Assembly (NCBI GenBank): GCA_033764955.1
Contig: JANRIL010000019.1
Span: forward strand, 116,098-180,097
Source: Cyanobacteriota bacterium
GTDB lineage: Bacteria; Cyanobacteriota; Cyanobacteriia; Thermostichales; Thermostichaceae
Direction of reading: 5' to 3'
Length of the DNA: 64,000 nt
Each line of letters begins with the position of its first letter. Position 1 is the first letter of the stretch. The notes below the pieces were generated by a model, which worked only from the letters and a program-made list of their open reading frames with translations, was not told the origin of the DNA and searched no databases. Positions 29,422 to 40,762 of this stretch are shown here, piece after piece. Position numbers and translations under genes: made by a program.

Positions 29422-32340
29422 ATGTCCAATCAGCAGGAAATTCGTATCGTTGGGGCACGGCAGCACAACCTCAAAAATGTCAACCTGACGATCCCGCGCA
29501 ACCAGTTGGTGGTCTTCACGGGCGTATCCGGCTCTGGCAAGTCTTCTCTGGCCTTTGACACGATTTTTGCGGAAGGACAGCGCCGTTATGTGGAATCTCT
29601 GAGCGCCTATGCCCGCCAGTTTTTGGGACAACTGGACAAACCGGATGTGGATCGCATTGAGGGGCTGAGTCCGGCGATTTCCATCGATCAAAAGTCCACT
29701 AGCCATAACCCCCGCTCCACCGTCGGCACCGTCACTGAAATTTATGATTACCTGCGCCTGCTTTATGGGCGGGCGGGGATCCCCCATTGCCCCCATTGTG
29801 ATCGCCCGATTGCTCCCCAAACCGTTGATCAAATCGTCGATCAAGTCATGCAGCTTCCCGATCAGACCCGTTTTCAGTTGCTAGCTCCGGTGGTGAAGGG
29901 GAAAAAAGGATCCCATACTCAACTGTTGCAAAGTTTGGCGCACCAGGGGTTTGTGCGGGTGCGGGTGGATGGACAGGTCAAAGATCTGAGCGAGCCGATC
30001 AAACTCAACAAAAACCAAGCCCATGACATCGAGGTAGTGGTGGATCGGTTGGTGAAACAACCGGATTTGATGGAACGTCTGACCGACTCCCTGACCACCT
30101 GTTTACGGCAATCGGAAGGGGTGGCGGTGGTGGAGCTGATGCCACGGGAAGCGGAAGCCCCCGAACTGTTGCGAAAAGTCGCGGAATCAGCAGGGCAATA
30201 TCTGAACGGCAAACCTACAGAACTCATCTTTTCGGAGAAATTTGCCTGTCCAGTGCATGGCTCGGTTATGGATGAATTATCCCCTCGGTTGTTTTCCTTT
30301 AATTCTCCGATTGGTGCGTGTCCGGCTTGTCATGGATTGGGTTTTGTGCCCACCTTTGATCCCGATTTGATCATCACGGATCCCACTTTGCCAGTGTATG
30401 CTGCTATCACTCCCTGGGCAGAAAAAGATAATCCCTATTATCTTGCTCTTTTGGTGGGAGCGGCCAAAGCATTTGGTTTTGAAATTAGTGACCGTTGGCA
30501 GCAACTTCCCGAAAAGATCCAGCATATTTTGCTCTATGGATCGGAAGAAGATATCTATGTGGAAGCAGAATCCCACTATCGTTCTACGCAGGGTTATCAT
30601 CGTCGCTATGAAGGGGTGATTCCTCAACTACAACGACACTATCAAGAAACCAATTCGGAAGCCTATCGACAAAAATTAGAAGTGTTTCTTGCCAATCGTC
30701 CCTGTAGCACCTGTGGGGGATCCCGTCTCAAGCCGGAAGTGTTGTCGGTGAGAATCGGCGGCTATCGCATTACCGAATTGACAGAGATTCCTGTGCATGA
30801 ATGTTTGCATCGACTGCACCACCTAACCTTAAATCCTCGCCAAGCCCAAATTGGGGAATTGGTCTTAAAAGAAATTCGTGCCCGTTTGCAGTTTTTAGTA
30901 GATGTTGGGCTTGATTATTTAACGTTGGCTCGACCCGCCATGACCCTATCGGGAGGAGAAGCCCAGCGGATTCGTTTAGCCACCCAAATTGGTTCTGGTT
31001 TGACAGGAGTTTTGTATGTTTTGGATGAACCCTCGATTGGTCTGCATCAACGGGATAACGAGCGGCTGCTCCATACGCTGCTGCGGCTGCGGGATCTCGA
31101 TAACACGCTGGTGGTGGTAGAGCACGACGAAGAAACGATTCGGGCGGCGGATCATCTCGTGGATATCGGACCAGGGGCGGGTGTGCATGGGGGAGAAATT
31201 GTGGCTCAGGGATCCGTAGCCGATATCGAAGCCTGTCAGCGATCGATTACTGGACAGTATCTCTCTGGGCGGGTGGGGATCCCGACTCCTGCCCAGCGAC
31301 GGGCTGGCAAGGCGCAATCTCTAAAAATCGTCAATGCCCATCGCAATAACCTCAAGCATGTCAGTGTGGAGATCCCGTTAGGTAAATTGGTTTGCGTTAC
31401 CGGTGTTTCTGGATCCGGTAAATCCACCCTGATCAACGAGTTGCTCTATCCGGCTCTTTGCCATCATCTGGGTCAAAAAGTAGCCAAACCCGCTGATTTA
31501 GAAAAGTTAGAGGGTACAGATTTCTTGGACAAAGTGATTGTGATCGATCAATCTCCCATCGGTAGAACTCCCCGCTCTAACCCCGCCACTTATACCGGGT
31601 TGTTTGATCCGATTCGCCAAACTTTTGCCCAAAGTTTAGATGCTAAATCCAGAGGTTATCAGTCAGGACATTTCTCTTTTAACGTTAAAGGGGGACGTTG
31701 TGAAGCCTGTAAAGGACAGGGCGTTAATGTGATTGAAATGAATTTCTTACCCGATGTTTATGTGACCTGCGATGTTTGTGGGGGATCCCGTTATAGCCGC
31801 GAGACGTTGCAAGTCAAATATAAAGGAAAAACCATTGCTGATGTCCTAGAAATGACGGTGGGACAGGCTTTGGAATTCTTTTCGGCTTTGCCCCCTGCGG
31901 CCAAAATCTTGCAAACATTGGCGGATGTTGGCCTAGACTATGTGCGATTGGGGCAGTCGGCTCCCACCTTATCGGGTGGGGAAGCCCAACGGGTAAAACT
32001 GGCTTCTGAATTGGCTCGCCGCTCTACGGGTAAAACCCTTTATCTTTTGGATGAGCCTTCCACCGGATTATCTTTTTATGATGTCCATAAATTGCTCAAT
32101 GTTTTGCAGCGTTTGGTCGATACAGGTAACACCGTTTTGGTGATTGAACACAATCTTGATATTTTGCGATGTGCCGATTGGATCATTGACTTAGGGCCGG
32201 AAGGAGGCAATCGCGGCGGAGAAATTATTGCCGTTGGTACCCCTGAATTCGTTGCCGAAGTGCCGGGATCCCATACGGGTCGTTATCTCAAGCAAGTCTT
32301 GCAGCAACATCCACCCCATGTCGATTTAATGGAGAGTTAA
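29422..32340 (+). CDS. uvrA: Excinuclease ABC subunit A
   Basis: GARQHNLKN, two GVSGSGKS Walker A motifs, zinc fingers, LSGGEAQR twice. Confidence 0.98.
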   Translation: MSNQQEIRIVGARQHNLKNVNLTIPRNQLVVFTGVSGSGKSSLAFDTIFAEGQRRYVESLSAYARQFLGQLDKPDVDRIEGLSPAISIDQKSTSHNPRSTVGTVTEIYDYLRLLYGRAGIPHCPHCDRPIAPQTVDQIVDQVMQLPDQTRFQLLAPVVKGKKGSHTQLLQSLAHQGFVRVRVDGQVKDLSEPIKLNKNQAHDIEVVVDRLVKQPDLMERLTDSLTTCLRQSEGVAVVELMPREAEAPELLRKVAESAGQYLNGKPTELIFSEKFACPVHGSVMDELSPRLFSFNSPIGACPACHGLGFVPTFDPDLIITDPTLPVYAAITPWAEKDNPYYLALLVGAAKAFGFEISDRWQQLPEKIQHILLYGSEEDIYVEAESHYRSTQGYHRRYEGVIPQLQRHYQETNSEAYRQKLEVFLANRPCSTCGGSRLKPEVLSVRIGGYRITELTEIPVHECLHRLHHLTLNPRQAQIGELVLKEIRARLQFLVDVGLDYLTLARPAMTLSGGEAQRIRLATQIGSGLTGVLYVLDEPSIGLHQRDNERLLHTLLRLRDLDNTLVVVEHDEETIRAADHLVDIGPGAGVHGGEIVAQGSVADIEACQRSITGQYLSGRVGIPTPAQRRAGKAQSLKIVNAHRNNLKHVSVEIPLGKLVCVTGVSGSGKSTLINELLYPALCHHLGQKVAKPADLEKLEGTDFLDKVIVIDQSPIGRTPRSNPATYTGLFDPIRQTFAQSLDAKSRGYQSGHFSFNVKGGRCEACKGQGVNVIEMNFLPDVYVTCDVCGGSRYSRETLQVKYKGKTIADVLEMTVGQALEFFSALPPAAKILQTLADVGLDYVRLGQSAPTLSGGEAQRVKLASELARRSTGKTLYLLDEPSTGLSFYDVHKLLNVLQRLVDTGNTVLVIEHNLDILRCADWIIDLGPEGGNRGGEIIAVGTPEFVAEVPGSHTGRYLKQVLQQHPPHVDLMES

Positions 32341-32365
32341 TGACGGCTGACTCAATGGCAGGCAC

Positions 32366-33238
32366 TTAGTTGAAGGAAGAAACGGGCCGCTCATAAACCT
32401 GTTCTTTCACTTCCCCAAAGCTGCCCATCACCCCCAAATCCTGATTATTAAACGTCACCAAAACCCCACCTGCATTACCCGCCCGTAGGACAATTGACTG
32501 ATCGGCAGAATAATTTAGCTCAGCTCCGGGTTGTAGGGTTGCTTCAAACACCGTTTGTCCATCCGCAACCACCCGCAGCCAAGAGGGACGTTCTACAACG
32601 CGGATATCCAGTTGCACGGGTTTGCTACTGTCGGCGGTAATGGGGGAAGGGGGAAAAACTCCGGCAATCGCTGTCCATTGAGTAATATCGGCAAAAACCT
32701 GGCGGGGAGTCTGATCCAGAGACTCTGTAGTAGTGGGAGGGGACTGGCTAACTCCCTCTGGCTGGGGGGGCCAAGGGACGGATCTGACCCATTTCAAGGG
32801 TTGTAACCAGCCCTTAAAGGGGTTAATGCCCCCCTCCAAAAAGGCTGATAGACTGCCGATGGCGACCACAATCAACACAACATAGGCCGTCCACAGGTGA
32901 AGGGGACGCAGAGAGAAGTTGGGCTTGGGTTGGGCGGCGATGGGTTTGAGAGCCTCACGGCGGGTGAAAAGGGGCAACGCCCGCTTGACAATCACCTCGC
33001 CTTCTAGCCCCAGATAGTCGGCGTAGCGCTTGAGAAAACCTCGCACATAAATGGCTTCGGGTAACTGCGAGGGTTTGCCGTTTTCTAGGGCTTCTAAATA
33101 GGTCAGACGAATATAGGTGTCGTGGGAGACTTCCCCTAAGGTTAATCCTCTCGCTTCCCGAGTTTGGCGGAGCAGTGTCCCTAGCGACTCTAATGAGGCG
33201 AAGGGTTCGTTGGTGGGTAGCATTGGATCAACAGACAT
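32366..33238 (-). CDS. RodZ-like protein (HTH_25, TM segment, DUF4115)
   Basis: LGTLLRQTRE...YLEALE...YVRGFLKRYA, a TM segment, and SWLRV...LRAGNAGG. Confidence 0.85.
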   Translation of the reverse strand: MSVDPMLPTNEPFASLESLGTLLRQTREARGLTLGEVSHDTYIRLTYLEALENGKPSQLPEAIYVRGFLKRYADYLGLEGEVIVKRALPLFTRREALKPIAAQPKPNFSLRPLHLWTAYVVLIVVAIGSLSAFLEGGINPFKGWLQPLKWVRSVPWPPQPEGVSQSPPTTTESLDQTPRQVFADITQWTAIAGVFPPSPITADSSKPVQLDIRVVERPSWLRVVADGQTVFEATLQPGAELNYSADQSIVLRAGNAGGVLVTFNNQDLGVMGSFGEVKEQVYERPVSSFN

Positions 33239-34055
33239 GATCGGCTTGCGACTCGTGATGAAGGTTGGCAAGCTCAGTGCTACTGAGCCATCGAAACTGG
33301 CCTGGGAGCAATGCCCCTAACGAGAGAGAACCAATCGCTTGCCGATGAAGATAGACCACGGGGTGACCCAGATAGTCGGCGATGCGGCGAATTTGCCGTT
33401 TGCGCCCCTCTCTCATGACAATCATAAGCCAGGTCATATCGTCATGTTGCCCTGGAGGAGTGATTGGATCAGGGATCCCAAGCCCAACAGCAGGACAATA
33501 GTCTACCTGAGCAGGCAAAGTTGTCCCTTCTTCTAAGTCTACTCCTTCTCGCCATTGTTGTAGGGTTGCCTCCCCCACTCTCCCCTTCACCCCCACCCGA
33601 TAGGTTTTGGGAATGTGGTAACGGGGATGGGTCAGGCGCAAGGCCAACTCGCCATCATTGGTTAACAAAATCGCCCCCGTGCTGTCCCGGTCGAGCCGTC
33701 CTACTGGATAAAGTCGGTAGGCTTGGCGAAGCGAAGTAGGTAGCAGATCCAAAACAGTGCGGCGTTGCTGGGGATCCCGACAGGTGGAGAGAATCCCCAC
33801 GGGTTTGTGGAGCAGTAGGGTGACCGTTGCAGGAGGAGAGGCCGTGTTGCTGGCAAGGGATCCCCCCGATAGGCGGCGGCCATCCAGCCAAATCTCATCC
33901 CGCTCCAGATCAACCTTGTAGCCCAGTTCCCTAATCACCGCCTGGTTAACCTGCACCCTTCCTGCCACAATCATCCCTTCCGCCTGCCGACGGGAGGCTA
34001 CTCCCAGATGAGCCAGAACTTTTTGCAGACGGTGCGAACCTTGCAGGGATCCCAT
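33228..34055 (-). CDS. S4-domain rRNA pseudouridine synthase (RsuA/RluB family)
   Basis: RLQKVLA..G.ASRR, GRLDRDSTG, EGRKRQIRR. Confidence 0.93.
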   Translation of the reverse strand: MGSLQGSHRLQKVLAHLGVASRRQAEGMIVAGRVQVNQAVIRELGYKVDLERDEIWLDGRRLSGGSLASNTASPPATVTLLLHKPVGILSTCRDPQQRRTVLDLLPTSLRQAYRLYPVGRLDRDSTGAILLTNDGELALRLTHPRYHIPKTYRVGVKGRVGEATLQQWREGVDLEEGTTLPAQVDYCPAVGLGIPDPITPPGQHDDMTWLMIVMREGRKRQIRRIADYLGHPVVYLHRQAIGSLSLGALLPGQFRWLSSTELANLHHESQADHVC

Positions 34056-34070
34056 GCGCTTGAGTCCGAT

Positions 34071-34589
34071 CTAGCTAGCAGCAGGTTGTTCGGAGGAGGG
34101 AGGTAAGGGGTCAAAAAAACCGGAGGAGCTGCCTCGTTCCGAAAGAATGGAGCGGGGAAAAGATTCTGACCGTGAGGGAGAAAGACTGCCAATAAACGAG
34201 TAAACCAACCCGCAATCAAACTCCTCCGCCAGCCGACAGACCTCCTTCAGATCGGCCACCGACCAGATGCTCCAACTGCCGCGAATTTCATTATCTACCC
34301 GCACTTCCACACGATTGCCATCAATATAGATCAACCGTTGAGTGGGAATTTCCGGCTCGAGGGGATGATAGCCCGCCTGAATGGGATCCACCCCCAAAGC
34401 GGTCAGGGCAATTAACAACTGGGGTAGCGCTGCCAACAATTGCTGGCTGGCTCGATCTGGCTGACCCTTGATGCAGGCCAGCAAGGCTTCCGTGACCGTT
34501 TCGTTGAGATTTTTGAGGGCTTGTAGGGGAGGGATAGACTCAGCCTCTGAGGTTTGCTGAATTTGCTTCAGAGCACTTTGCAGATCCAT
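34071..34589 (-). CDS. Hypothetical protein
   Basis: 172-aa ORF with an AGGAGG-type sequence upstream; co-oriented with the pseudouridine synthase gene. Confidence 0.6.
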   Translation of the reverse strand: MDLQSALKQIQQTSEAESIPPLQALKNLNETVTEALLACIKGQPDRASQQLLAALPQLLIALTALGVDPIQAGYHPLEPEIPTQRLIYIDGNRVEVRVDNEIRGSWSIWSVADLKEVCRLAEEFDCGLVYSFIGSLSPSRSESFPRSILSERGSSSGFFDPLPPSSEQPAAS

Positions 34590-35006
34590 GCTGAGGAGGT
34601 GGGTGAAGGAGCTTTATCCATTTAAGGATGAATTAATCATAGCAAGTCCTTGTTTTCGATGAGCGATTTTTCGGCACTTGTGGGGAGAAAGATTGGCTTG
34701 AGAAGCCTTGCTTTTGTTTTTCGATAGTGACTTCCTGATAGGCCGCTCATTTTTCTCATCCTGATCGAAGCAGTTTTCTAGAAAGTTAGTGAAGGATTGA
34801 GGCGATGAGATCTATCAATCTAGGGCGGTTGGGATCCCTCTCCATCTCTTTTCAGGAGGAGTCGCTTCGATTCTCTTCCCTAAGGGTTTACTGACCATCG
34901 GGATCCCTCGCTTCCCTTTCCACCAGCTATCTTCAAAGAGGACAGCGACCCCAGCCCGTCTGAGTTTCCATCCTCCAGGCTGCCCATCGCCAATTTCTGA
35001 AAAGTT

Positions 35007-36173
35007 ATGGTCACACTTACCACCCTGCTGCGGACAGGGCTGATCGGGGGGATCAGCGCCCTACTCCTTTTCACGGATCCCGTTTCCCCTCATCCCACCG
35101 CATCACTACCGATTTCCGGTCTTACCCTCTGGGGAGAAGCCATCTTACCCCATGGATCGGTCACAGTAGCAGGCACACCAATGGGAGGACTCTCCGGTCT
35201 CACCTATGATGCCAAGCGCCATCTCTACTACGCCGTATCCGATGATCCCTCCCAGAACGGCCCAGCGCGGTTCTATACCCTAACCATTCAGGGGGGAGCA
35301 AAACCCCGTGATCCGATGCGGGTGGAGGTGGTCGGGGTCACTCCACTGCGGCGTCCCGATGGGCAACCTTTTGGCAAGGGGACTGTGGATCCCGAAGGAA
35401 TTGCCTACACCACCCAAGACTCCCTGTGGATTGCTTCGGAAGGGATAGTGAATCGGCAGGGAAACCGCTTGATTACCCCCTTCATTCATGAGTTTGATCG
35501 ACAGGGTAGACATCGAGGAGCGTTGCCCATTCCTCCTAAGGTCATGCCGCGGCTGGTCAACGGCATCCCTGTCGCCGGGATCCGCCATAATTTGTCGTTA
35601 GAAAGTTTGACATTGACTCCTGACCAGAGATTTTTGCTGACTGCCACTGAGAATGCCTTGGTGCCAGATGGGGAGGTGGCTAGCCCGACTTCCGGCAGCT
35701 TAGCGCGGATTCTTAAATATGATCTAAGGCAAGGAACGGTTGTGCGGGAAGCTCTCTATGTGACGGATCCCGTAGCGGCTCCTCCTTTGATAGCCAATGG
35801 ATTTCAAACCAGCGGCTTGGTGGAACTCCTGGCGTTGGACAATTCTGGCGAGCAATTGCTGGCTTTAGAGCGCTCGTTTGCGGTGGGACGCGGGCATCGC
35901 ATCACGATTTATCGAGTTGATCTGGCTGGGGCCACCCCAATTCAGGAGATAGACAGCCTAAAAGCTATCGATATTTCCAGCATCGTGCCCGCTCAAAAAC
36001 AATTGCTCCTCAGTTTAGAAACCTTGCGCCTACCCAATGGTTTATCCAATCTGGAAGGAATGACCCTGGGATCCCTTCTCCCCAATGGACAGCCCAGCCT
36101 AGTCTTGATCAGCGATGACAATTTTCAAGCAGGGCAATTCACGCAGGTTTTGCTGTTTAGCCTTGATTTTTAG
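35007..36173 (+). CDS. Esterase-like activity of phytase family protein (secreted beta-propeller)
   Basis: GGLSGL.YD, YAVSDD, DPEGI, NLEGM, LISDDNF. Confidence 0.88.
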   Translation: MVTLTTLLRTGLIGGISALLLFTDPVSPHPTASLPISGLTLWGEAILPHGSVTVAGTPMGGLSGLTYDAKRHLYYAVSDDPSQNGPARFYTLTIQGGAKPRDPMRVEVVGVTPLRRPDGQPFGKGTVDPEGIAYTTQDSLWIASEGIVNRQGNRLITPFIHEFDRQGRHRGALPIPPKVMPRLVNGIPVAGIRHNLSLESLTLTPDQRFLLTATENALVPDGEVASPTSGSLARILKYDLRQGTVVREALYVTDPVAAPPLIANGFQTSGLVELLALDNSGEQLLALERSFAVGRGHRITIYRVDLAGATPIQEIDSLKAIDISSIVPAQKQLLLSLETLRLPNGLSNLEGMTLGSLLPNGQPSLVLISDDNFQAGQFTQVLLFSLDF

Positions 36174-36240
36174 CGGGTTGTATGGATTAACTATGAGGAT
36201 TCCAGACCGGACAACCCTCTCTTTCAACAGATTCTTTCTT

Positions 36241-36939
36241 TCAACAGCTTTGTCTCTCGACAGGGATCCTCAGTTTGTCATAGCTCATTTTCTCATAGTA
36301 AAGAATCGACTCTAGTTCGGCTAAGGCCGTTTCAACATTGTCATTCACAATTAAATAATCAAACTCACCACTGGCCGCCAGTTCTGCCTCCGCCTGTGCT
36401 AGCCGCTTTTGAATACTGGCTTCCGAGTCCTGGGCACGTTCCCGCAACCGTCGTTCCAACTCCGCCAGCGAAGGGGGGCTGATAAAAATGCGAATGGCCT
36501 CCGGACAGCGCTGAGCAATTTGCCGGGATCCCTCTAGCTCAATCTCCAACAACACATCCTGCCCCTGTTGGAGTTGCTGCTGCACGGTGGCTAGGGGAGT
36601 GCCATAAAAGTTGCCCGCATATTCTGCCCATTCCAATAGTCCGCCTGCTTCTTGCAGTTGCAAAAACTCTTCCCGGCTCCGAAAGAAATAATTGACACCT
36701 TCTGCTTCTCCGGGGCGAGGGGGGCGGGTGGTCACAGAGACCGAAAAATGTAGGTCAGGATGGTGCCGGCGCAACTGTTTGACTAGGGTGCCTTTGCCCA
36801 CTCCGCTGGGGCCGGTGACCACCAGCAAGCGACCCGCTTGAGAGGGAGCCGGCGGATCTGTGGGGAAAAGCTCAGACAGCTCAGGCTCTAGGGTGGATGG
36901 GCAGTCTGGCGGCATTGATGCGGTAAGGGGATTAACCAT
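36241..36939 (-). CDS. gmk: Guanylate kinase
   Basis: [27 protein letters not shown]. Confidence 0.96.
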   Translation of the reverse strand: MVNPLTASMPPDCPSTLEPELSELFPTDPPAPSQAGRLLVVTGPSGVGKGTLVKQLRRHHPDLHFSVSVTTRPPRPGEAEGVNYFFRSREEFLQLQEAGGLLEWAEYAGNFYGTPLATVQQQLQQGQDVLLEIELEGSRQIAQRCPEAIRIFISPPSLAELERRLRERAQDSEASIQKRLAQAEAELAASGEFDYLIVNDNVETALAELESILYYEKMSYDKLRIPVERQSC

Positions 36940-37029
36940 AAATCCAAAGAAGCGGGGGGAGGTTTTGGATCAAGACGCCGGAAACGCCGCCGGGGTGTCT
37001 TTGGGAAAAACTTGTTTTTTTAGGATATC

Positions 37030-37296
37030 TCACTCCTCCTCCAGTAAGCTGCTGCGGCTGGTCATAAATCGGTTGGCTACGGTTTCCGGCTGAATGGCGG
37101 ATAAGATGACATGCCCAGAATCCGCAATAATCACCGCACGGGTACGGCGACCATAGGTGGCATCGATCAGCTGTCCACGCTCACGGGCGTCTTGGATCGT
37201 GCGTTTGATGGGAGCTGACTCTGGACTGACAATGGCAATCACCCGTCCTGCTGCCACAATGTTGCCAAAGCCAATGTTAATGAGTCGAATATCCAT
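37030..37296 (-). CDS. DUF370/RemA-family protein
   Basis: LINIGFGN...SPESAPIKR...[12 protein letters not shown]; conserved position upstream of gmk. Confidence 0.9.
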   Translation of the reverse strand: MDIRLINIGFGNIVAAGRVIAIVSPESAPIKRTIQDARERGQLIDATYGRRTRAVIIADSGHVILSAIQPETVANRFMTSRSSLLEEE

Positions 37297-37536
37297 AGGT
37301 TCAAAAGTGCGGGCAGCGCCATCTGCCAAAACTTTAACAGAATCCCTCCCTCCAGCCATTTCGTATCCCTCTCCGATCCGACAAGCGAGGGATCCCTAAA
37401 TCCAATCGATCAATCTTGACAAGCCGTGGAGTCAGATGAAACTGAGAGATGGAAAAAGCTGGTTTTCCTCTGCAATACTTGACTTAACCTAACCCATCCG
37501 TTAATTCATCAATCAACCCATCAACAGTAGGCAGCT

Positions 37537-37752
37537 ATGGCAATTAAACGTGGATCGATGGTCAAAGCCGTTCGAGAAAAGCTGATCAACAGCCTGGAAT
37601 CTTTGGCGAATGACTCCTTGATTCCGGAGTATGTGTTTCAGACTCCCGGAGAAGTGGTGGATTTGAAGGACAACTACGCCCAAGTCAAGTTTTTGGCGGT
37701 TCCTACCCCCACAGTCTGGCTACAGATTGAGCAGTTGGAGGAAGTGGCCTAA
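37537..37752 (+). CDS. ndhO: NDH-1 subunit O
   Basis: [20 protein letters not shown]...YVF..PGE...VPTP..W. Confidence 0.88.
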   Translation: MAIKRGSMVKAVREKLINSLESLANDSLIPEYVFQTPGEVVDLKDNYAQVKFLAVPTPTVWLQIEQLEEVA

Positions 37753-37828
37753 TTTTTTTTGTTTGTATTTGATACAGAATCTTTGGCTTGTGATTGAATA
37801 GCAACTAGGGCTAACTTCGCTTCTCCCG

Positions 37829-38692
37829 ATGCCAAACGCAGACTTTCTCCCCCCGTTAACAGCTCCCACCCGTGAACAGTTAATGCAGCGTCGTCAGCAG
37901 TTACGGCAACAGCGTCGCCATCGCACCCTTCAGGGTACCTGGCGGGTGGTTTCAACGGTTGTGCTGTTGGGGGGGCTGGTACAAGGGATCCGCCAACCCT
38001 ACTGGCAATTGCAACAGGCCAACCAAATTGAAATAGAGGGCAACCAGTGGTTAACGGATCAGCAGATTCGCGCCCAGTTGCCTTTAAGCTTTCCAATCAA
38101 TGTCTGGCAGGTTCAGCCCCAGCAAATTCAACAGGCGCTGCTCAACCAACCCGAGGAGGATCCCTGGCAGGCTTCCCCCATACGCCAAGTGTCGGTGCGG
38201 CGACAATTATTTCCCCCCCTAGTCAGCCTCCAGATTGAGGAGCGACAACCGCTTGCCCGCAGTCAGGTCAAAGGGGTGATGGGATTGGTGGATGGGGAAG
38301 GTCTCTGGCTCTCTTTGAAAAACTATCCGACTTTAGCGGCCAGCCGTGATCTGCCCAGCCTGACCCTCTTAGGATGGGAACTTCACCCTCCCCAGCAGTG
38401 GGCTAGCCTATTAGCGGCGTTGCAAACCTCATCAGTCAAGGTAGAGGCTGTGGATTGGCAAAGTACGGAAGCGCTCTATTTGCTGACCGAATTGGGCAAA
38501 GTGTATCTGGGATCCCTGACCCCTCAACTGCCCCAACAACTGCAAGCCCTGGCTCAAATGCGCGATCTGCAACGCTACTGCCAGTGTGATCCACGGGATA
38601 TTGACTACATCGACCTGAGTAGTCCGACGGTTCCCACCATTCAACTCACCCCCCAAGCCGCCGCCCAACGCTGGGGGGAGCCTTCCCCATAA
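37829..38692 (+). CDS. ftsQ: Cell division protein FtsQ/DivIB
   Basis: Basic N-terminus, TM segment, POTRA domain (IEGNQ...RQLFPP...IEERQP), C-terminal YIDL motif. Confidence 0.85.
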   Translation: MPNADFLPPLTAPTREQLMQRRQQLRQQRRHRTLQGTWRVVSTVVLLGGLVQGIRQPYWQLQQANQIEIEGNQWLTDQQIRAQLPLSFPINVWQVQPQQIQQALLNQPEEDPWQASPIRQVSVRRQLFPPLVSLQIEERQPLARSQVKGVMGLVDGEGLWLSLKNYPTLAASRDLPSLTLLGWELHPPQQWASLLAALQTSSVKVEAVDWQSTEALYLLTELGKVYLGSLTPQLPQQLQALAQMRDLQRYCQCDPRDIDYIDLSSPTVPTIQLTPQAAAQRWGEPSP

Positions 38693-38705
38693 GCTAGGCC
38701 ACCAG

Positions 38706-39974
38706 CTAGGTTCTCCTAGCCTGCTCACCAGGATCCCCATCAACAGGACTTTTGCTGGGGTCAACCTCCCCTCGTTCCAGAAGGCGGGGGGCAAAGGTAG
38801 GAATAGCCCAGGCTCCCAAGGGGGCTGTCAAGAGAATTGAGAGGGCGGAGAGCGCCAAAATGTCTTCTCCTCCCGACAGTCCTTGGCTGAGGGGAATCGC
38901 TCCAATCGCCGCTTGAACGGTGGCCTTAGCAGAATTAGCGGGCAGCAAAAACAGCCGTTCTTTGAGAGTCCAATTGCTGCCCACAGTGGATAGATACCAG
39001 CCCAAACTACGGCCCAGCAGCGTGCCTATGCCCAAGATCAAGATCCCCACCCCCAGCCGTTCCGTTAGCACCGACAGAGGCAGTTGGGATCCCAGCAACA
39101 CAAACAAAAAAATTTCGGCACCCACCCAGAGGTGGTCAAATCCCCTCCGTAATCGATCAGCCAGAGGCGGATCCATTTCGATGAGAAAAAAGCCTGCCGC
39201 CATCACGGCCAAATAACCGGAAAAAATGGGCAATCGCTCAGCCGCAACCACCATCCCCAAGGCAAAAGCCGCCGTGATCAACACCTCCTGTCCGACATTC
39301 TGGGCCCAGTGGTGTTGGGTGAAAAGCCATCGCTCCAGCCTTGCCATCCACCATCCTGCCACAATGCCCAAGCCGATTTGGCAGACCACCTGTAGAGAGA
39401 AGCCCAGCCAGATGGGTAACTCCAACCCCTCCCCTCCCCTCTCTGGGGACAAGCCAGCCATCAGCAGACTAAACAGCAGCAATAGCAACACATCCGAGAG
39501 GGCGCTCCCCGTCAAGATGGCGTCCGGGATCCCTTTGCTCACCCCCCAACCCAAACTTTTGAGGCGCAGCATCCCCGGCACAATCACCGCCGGAGACTCT
39601 GCCCCAATCACACAGCCCAATATCAGACCCGTTCGCCAATCCAAGCCCAGCAGGCCAACGCTAGCCACCGCGATGAGCAGTGCTTCGCTGAGAGCTGGCA
39701 AAAACCCCAACCGCAAGGCCACACTTCCCTGCTGACGGAGCTTCTGTCGATCTAAACCCAACCCCGCCTTCATCAAGATGATCATGACGGCGATGGTGCG
39801 AAAGGCTGCTGCTGCCCCCAATAGCTCTGTATCTAAGAGTCCGCTCACCTCTGGCCCCAGCAGGATGCCAGCCCCCACCATGCCCAGCAAGGGAGGCAGC
39901 CCCAGGCGTCTCACCCCCTGCCCCGCCCAAAATCCGGCCAAGATAATCCAAACGATACTGATCAGACTTGCCAT
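38706..39974 (-). CDS. Cation:proton antiporter
   Basis: Many TM segments; SPAVIVP, SALSDV and PANSAKATVQAAIG motifs. Confidence 0.85.
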   Translation of the reverse strand: MASLISIVWIILAGFWAGQGVRRLGLPPLLGMVGAGILLGPEVSGLLDTELLGAAAAFRTIAVMIILMKAGLGLDRQKLRQQGSVALRLGFLPALSEALLIAVASVGLLGLDWRTGLILGCVIGAESPAVIVPGMLRLKSLGWGVSKGIPDAILTGSALSDVLLLLLFSLLMAGLSPERGGEGLELPIWLGFSLQVVCQIGLGIVAGWWMARLERWLFTQHHWAQNVGQEVLITAAFALGMVVAAERLPIFSGYLAVMAAGFFLIEMDPPLADRLRRGFDHLWVGAEIFLFVLLGSQLPLSVLTERLGVGILILGIGTLLGRSLGWYLSTVGSNWTLKERLFLLPANSAKATVQAAIGAIPLSQGLSGGEDILALSALSILLTAPLGAWAIPTFAPRLLERGEVDPSKSPVDGDPGEQARRT

Positions 39975-40257
39975 GCTGACTCCTAATGGAAGGGGATCCC
40001 TGGGCAGTCTTGCCATCCTCCCCCTAACTCAGCAATAAATCGCAACTTGCCAGCCAGAATTTATGAAGACTTAAGACAAAACGATCAAGGGTTAAGGGAT
40101 CCCGTTCTAATTTAATGGCGGCTTGCTCTCATGCAACCTCAACGGCAATCGTAAAATCTCAAGGCTGTGCGGATCCCTACAGGAAATATCCCTTGATATT
40201 TTGTGGATGTCGGTAATTGCTGTAAAGTTTCTCTACGTTTCTTTAAGGATTATCCTC

Positions 40258-40560
40258 ATGATTTTCGCTGTTATTCCTCCTACTCCGGTTTGGTCTCCTT
40301 CTATCGCTATCGTGATGATCGCCTGTAACGTAGCCGCCGTTCTCCTTTGGAAAACGATTGTTCCCTTGATTAACAGTTGGCTGGGAGCGATTGGCTATGA
40401 AGCGCGCAGCGTTTTAACGATTCCTGCGGGCAGCGAAATTTACACATTTAATTTTCCAGGGCTGACCCTAACCCTGCCAGAGTTGCTGGCTGCCGCTAGT
40501 TTTGGACATTTGATCGGAGCCGGAGTGATTTTGGGGTTAACCCGTTTAGGGGCGCTCTAA
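40258..40560 (+). CDS. psaK: Photosystem I subunit PsaK (100 aa, long loop)
   Basis: WSPSIAIVMIACN...PELLAAASFGHLIGAGVILGL; ATG 40258 preferred over the TTG at 40123. Confidence 0.88.
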   Translation: MIFAVIPPTPVWSPSIAIVMIACNVAAVLLWKTIVPLINSWLGAIGYEARSVLTIPAGSEIYTFNFPGLTLTLPELLAAASFGHLIGAGVILGLTRLGAL

Positions 40561-40762
40561 AACGAACTTCACAAACTTTCCGTCATTTTTTACTCGGCAG
40601 GGAAATTGGAGTCAGAAATTTGAGGTTTTGGCTATCGACACCTGAGAATTTTGGGACTATCAAGGATGGAAGAGAGTTTTTTCTCTGGCCTAGCCAGAAT
40701 CTCATATCGAGAAGCTAAAGTGGGTCAATCAGTTCTCTAGCACTTTCTCTAGGGTCACTCCT

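Noticed and set aside
40123..40257. N-terminal extension of PsaK from TTG 40123
   Set aside because: PsaK similarity starts at ATG 40258; the upstream part looks like promoter/UTR.
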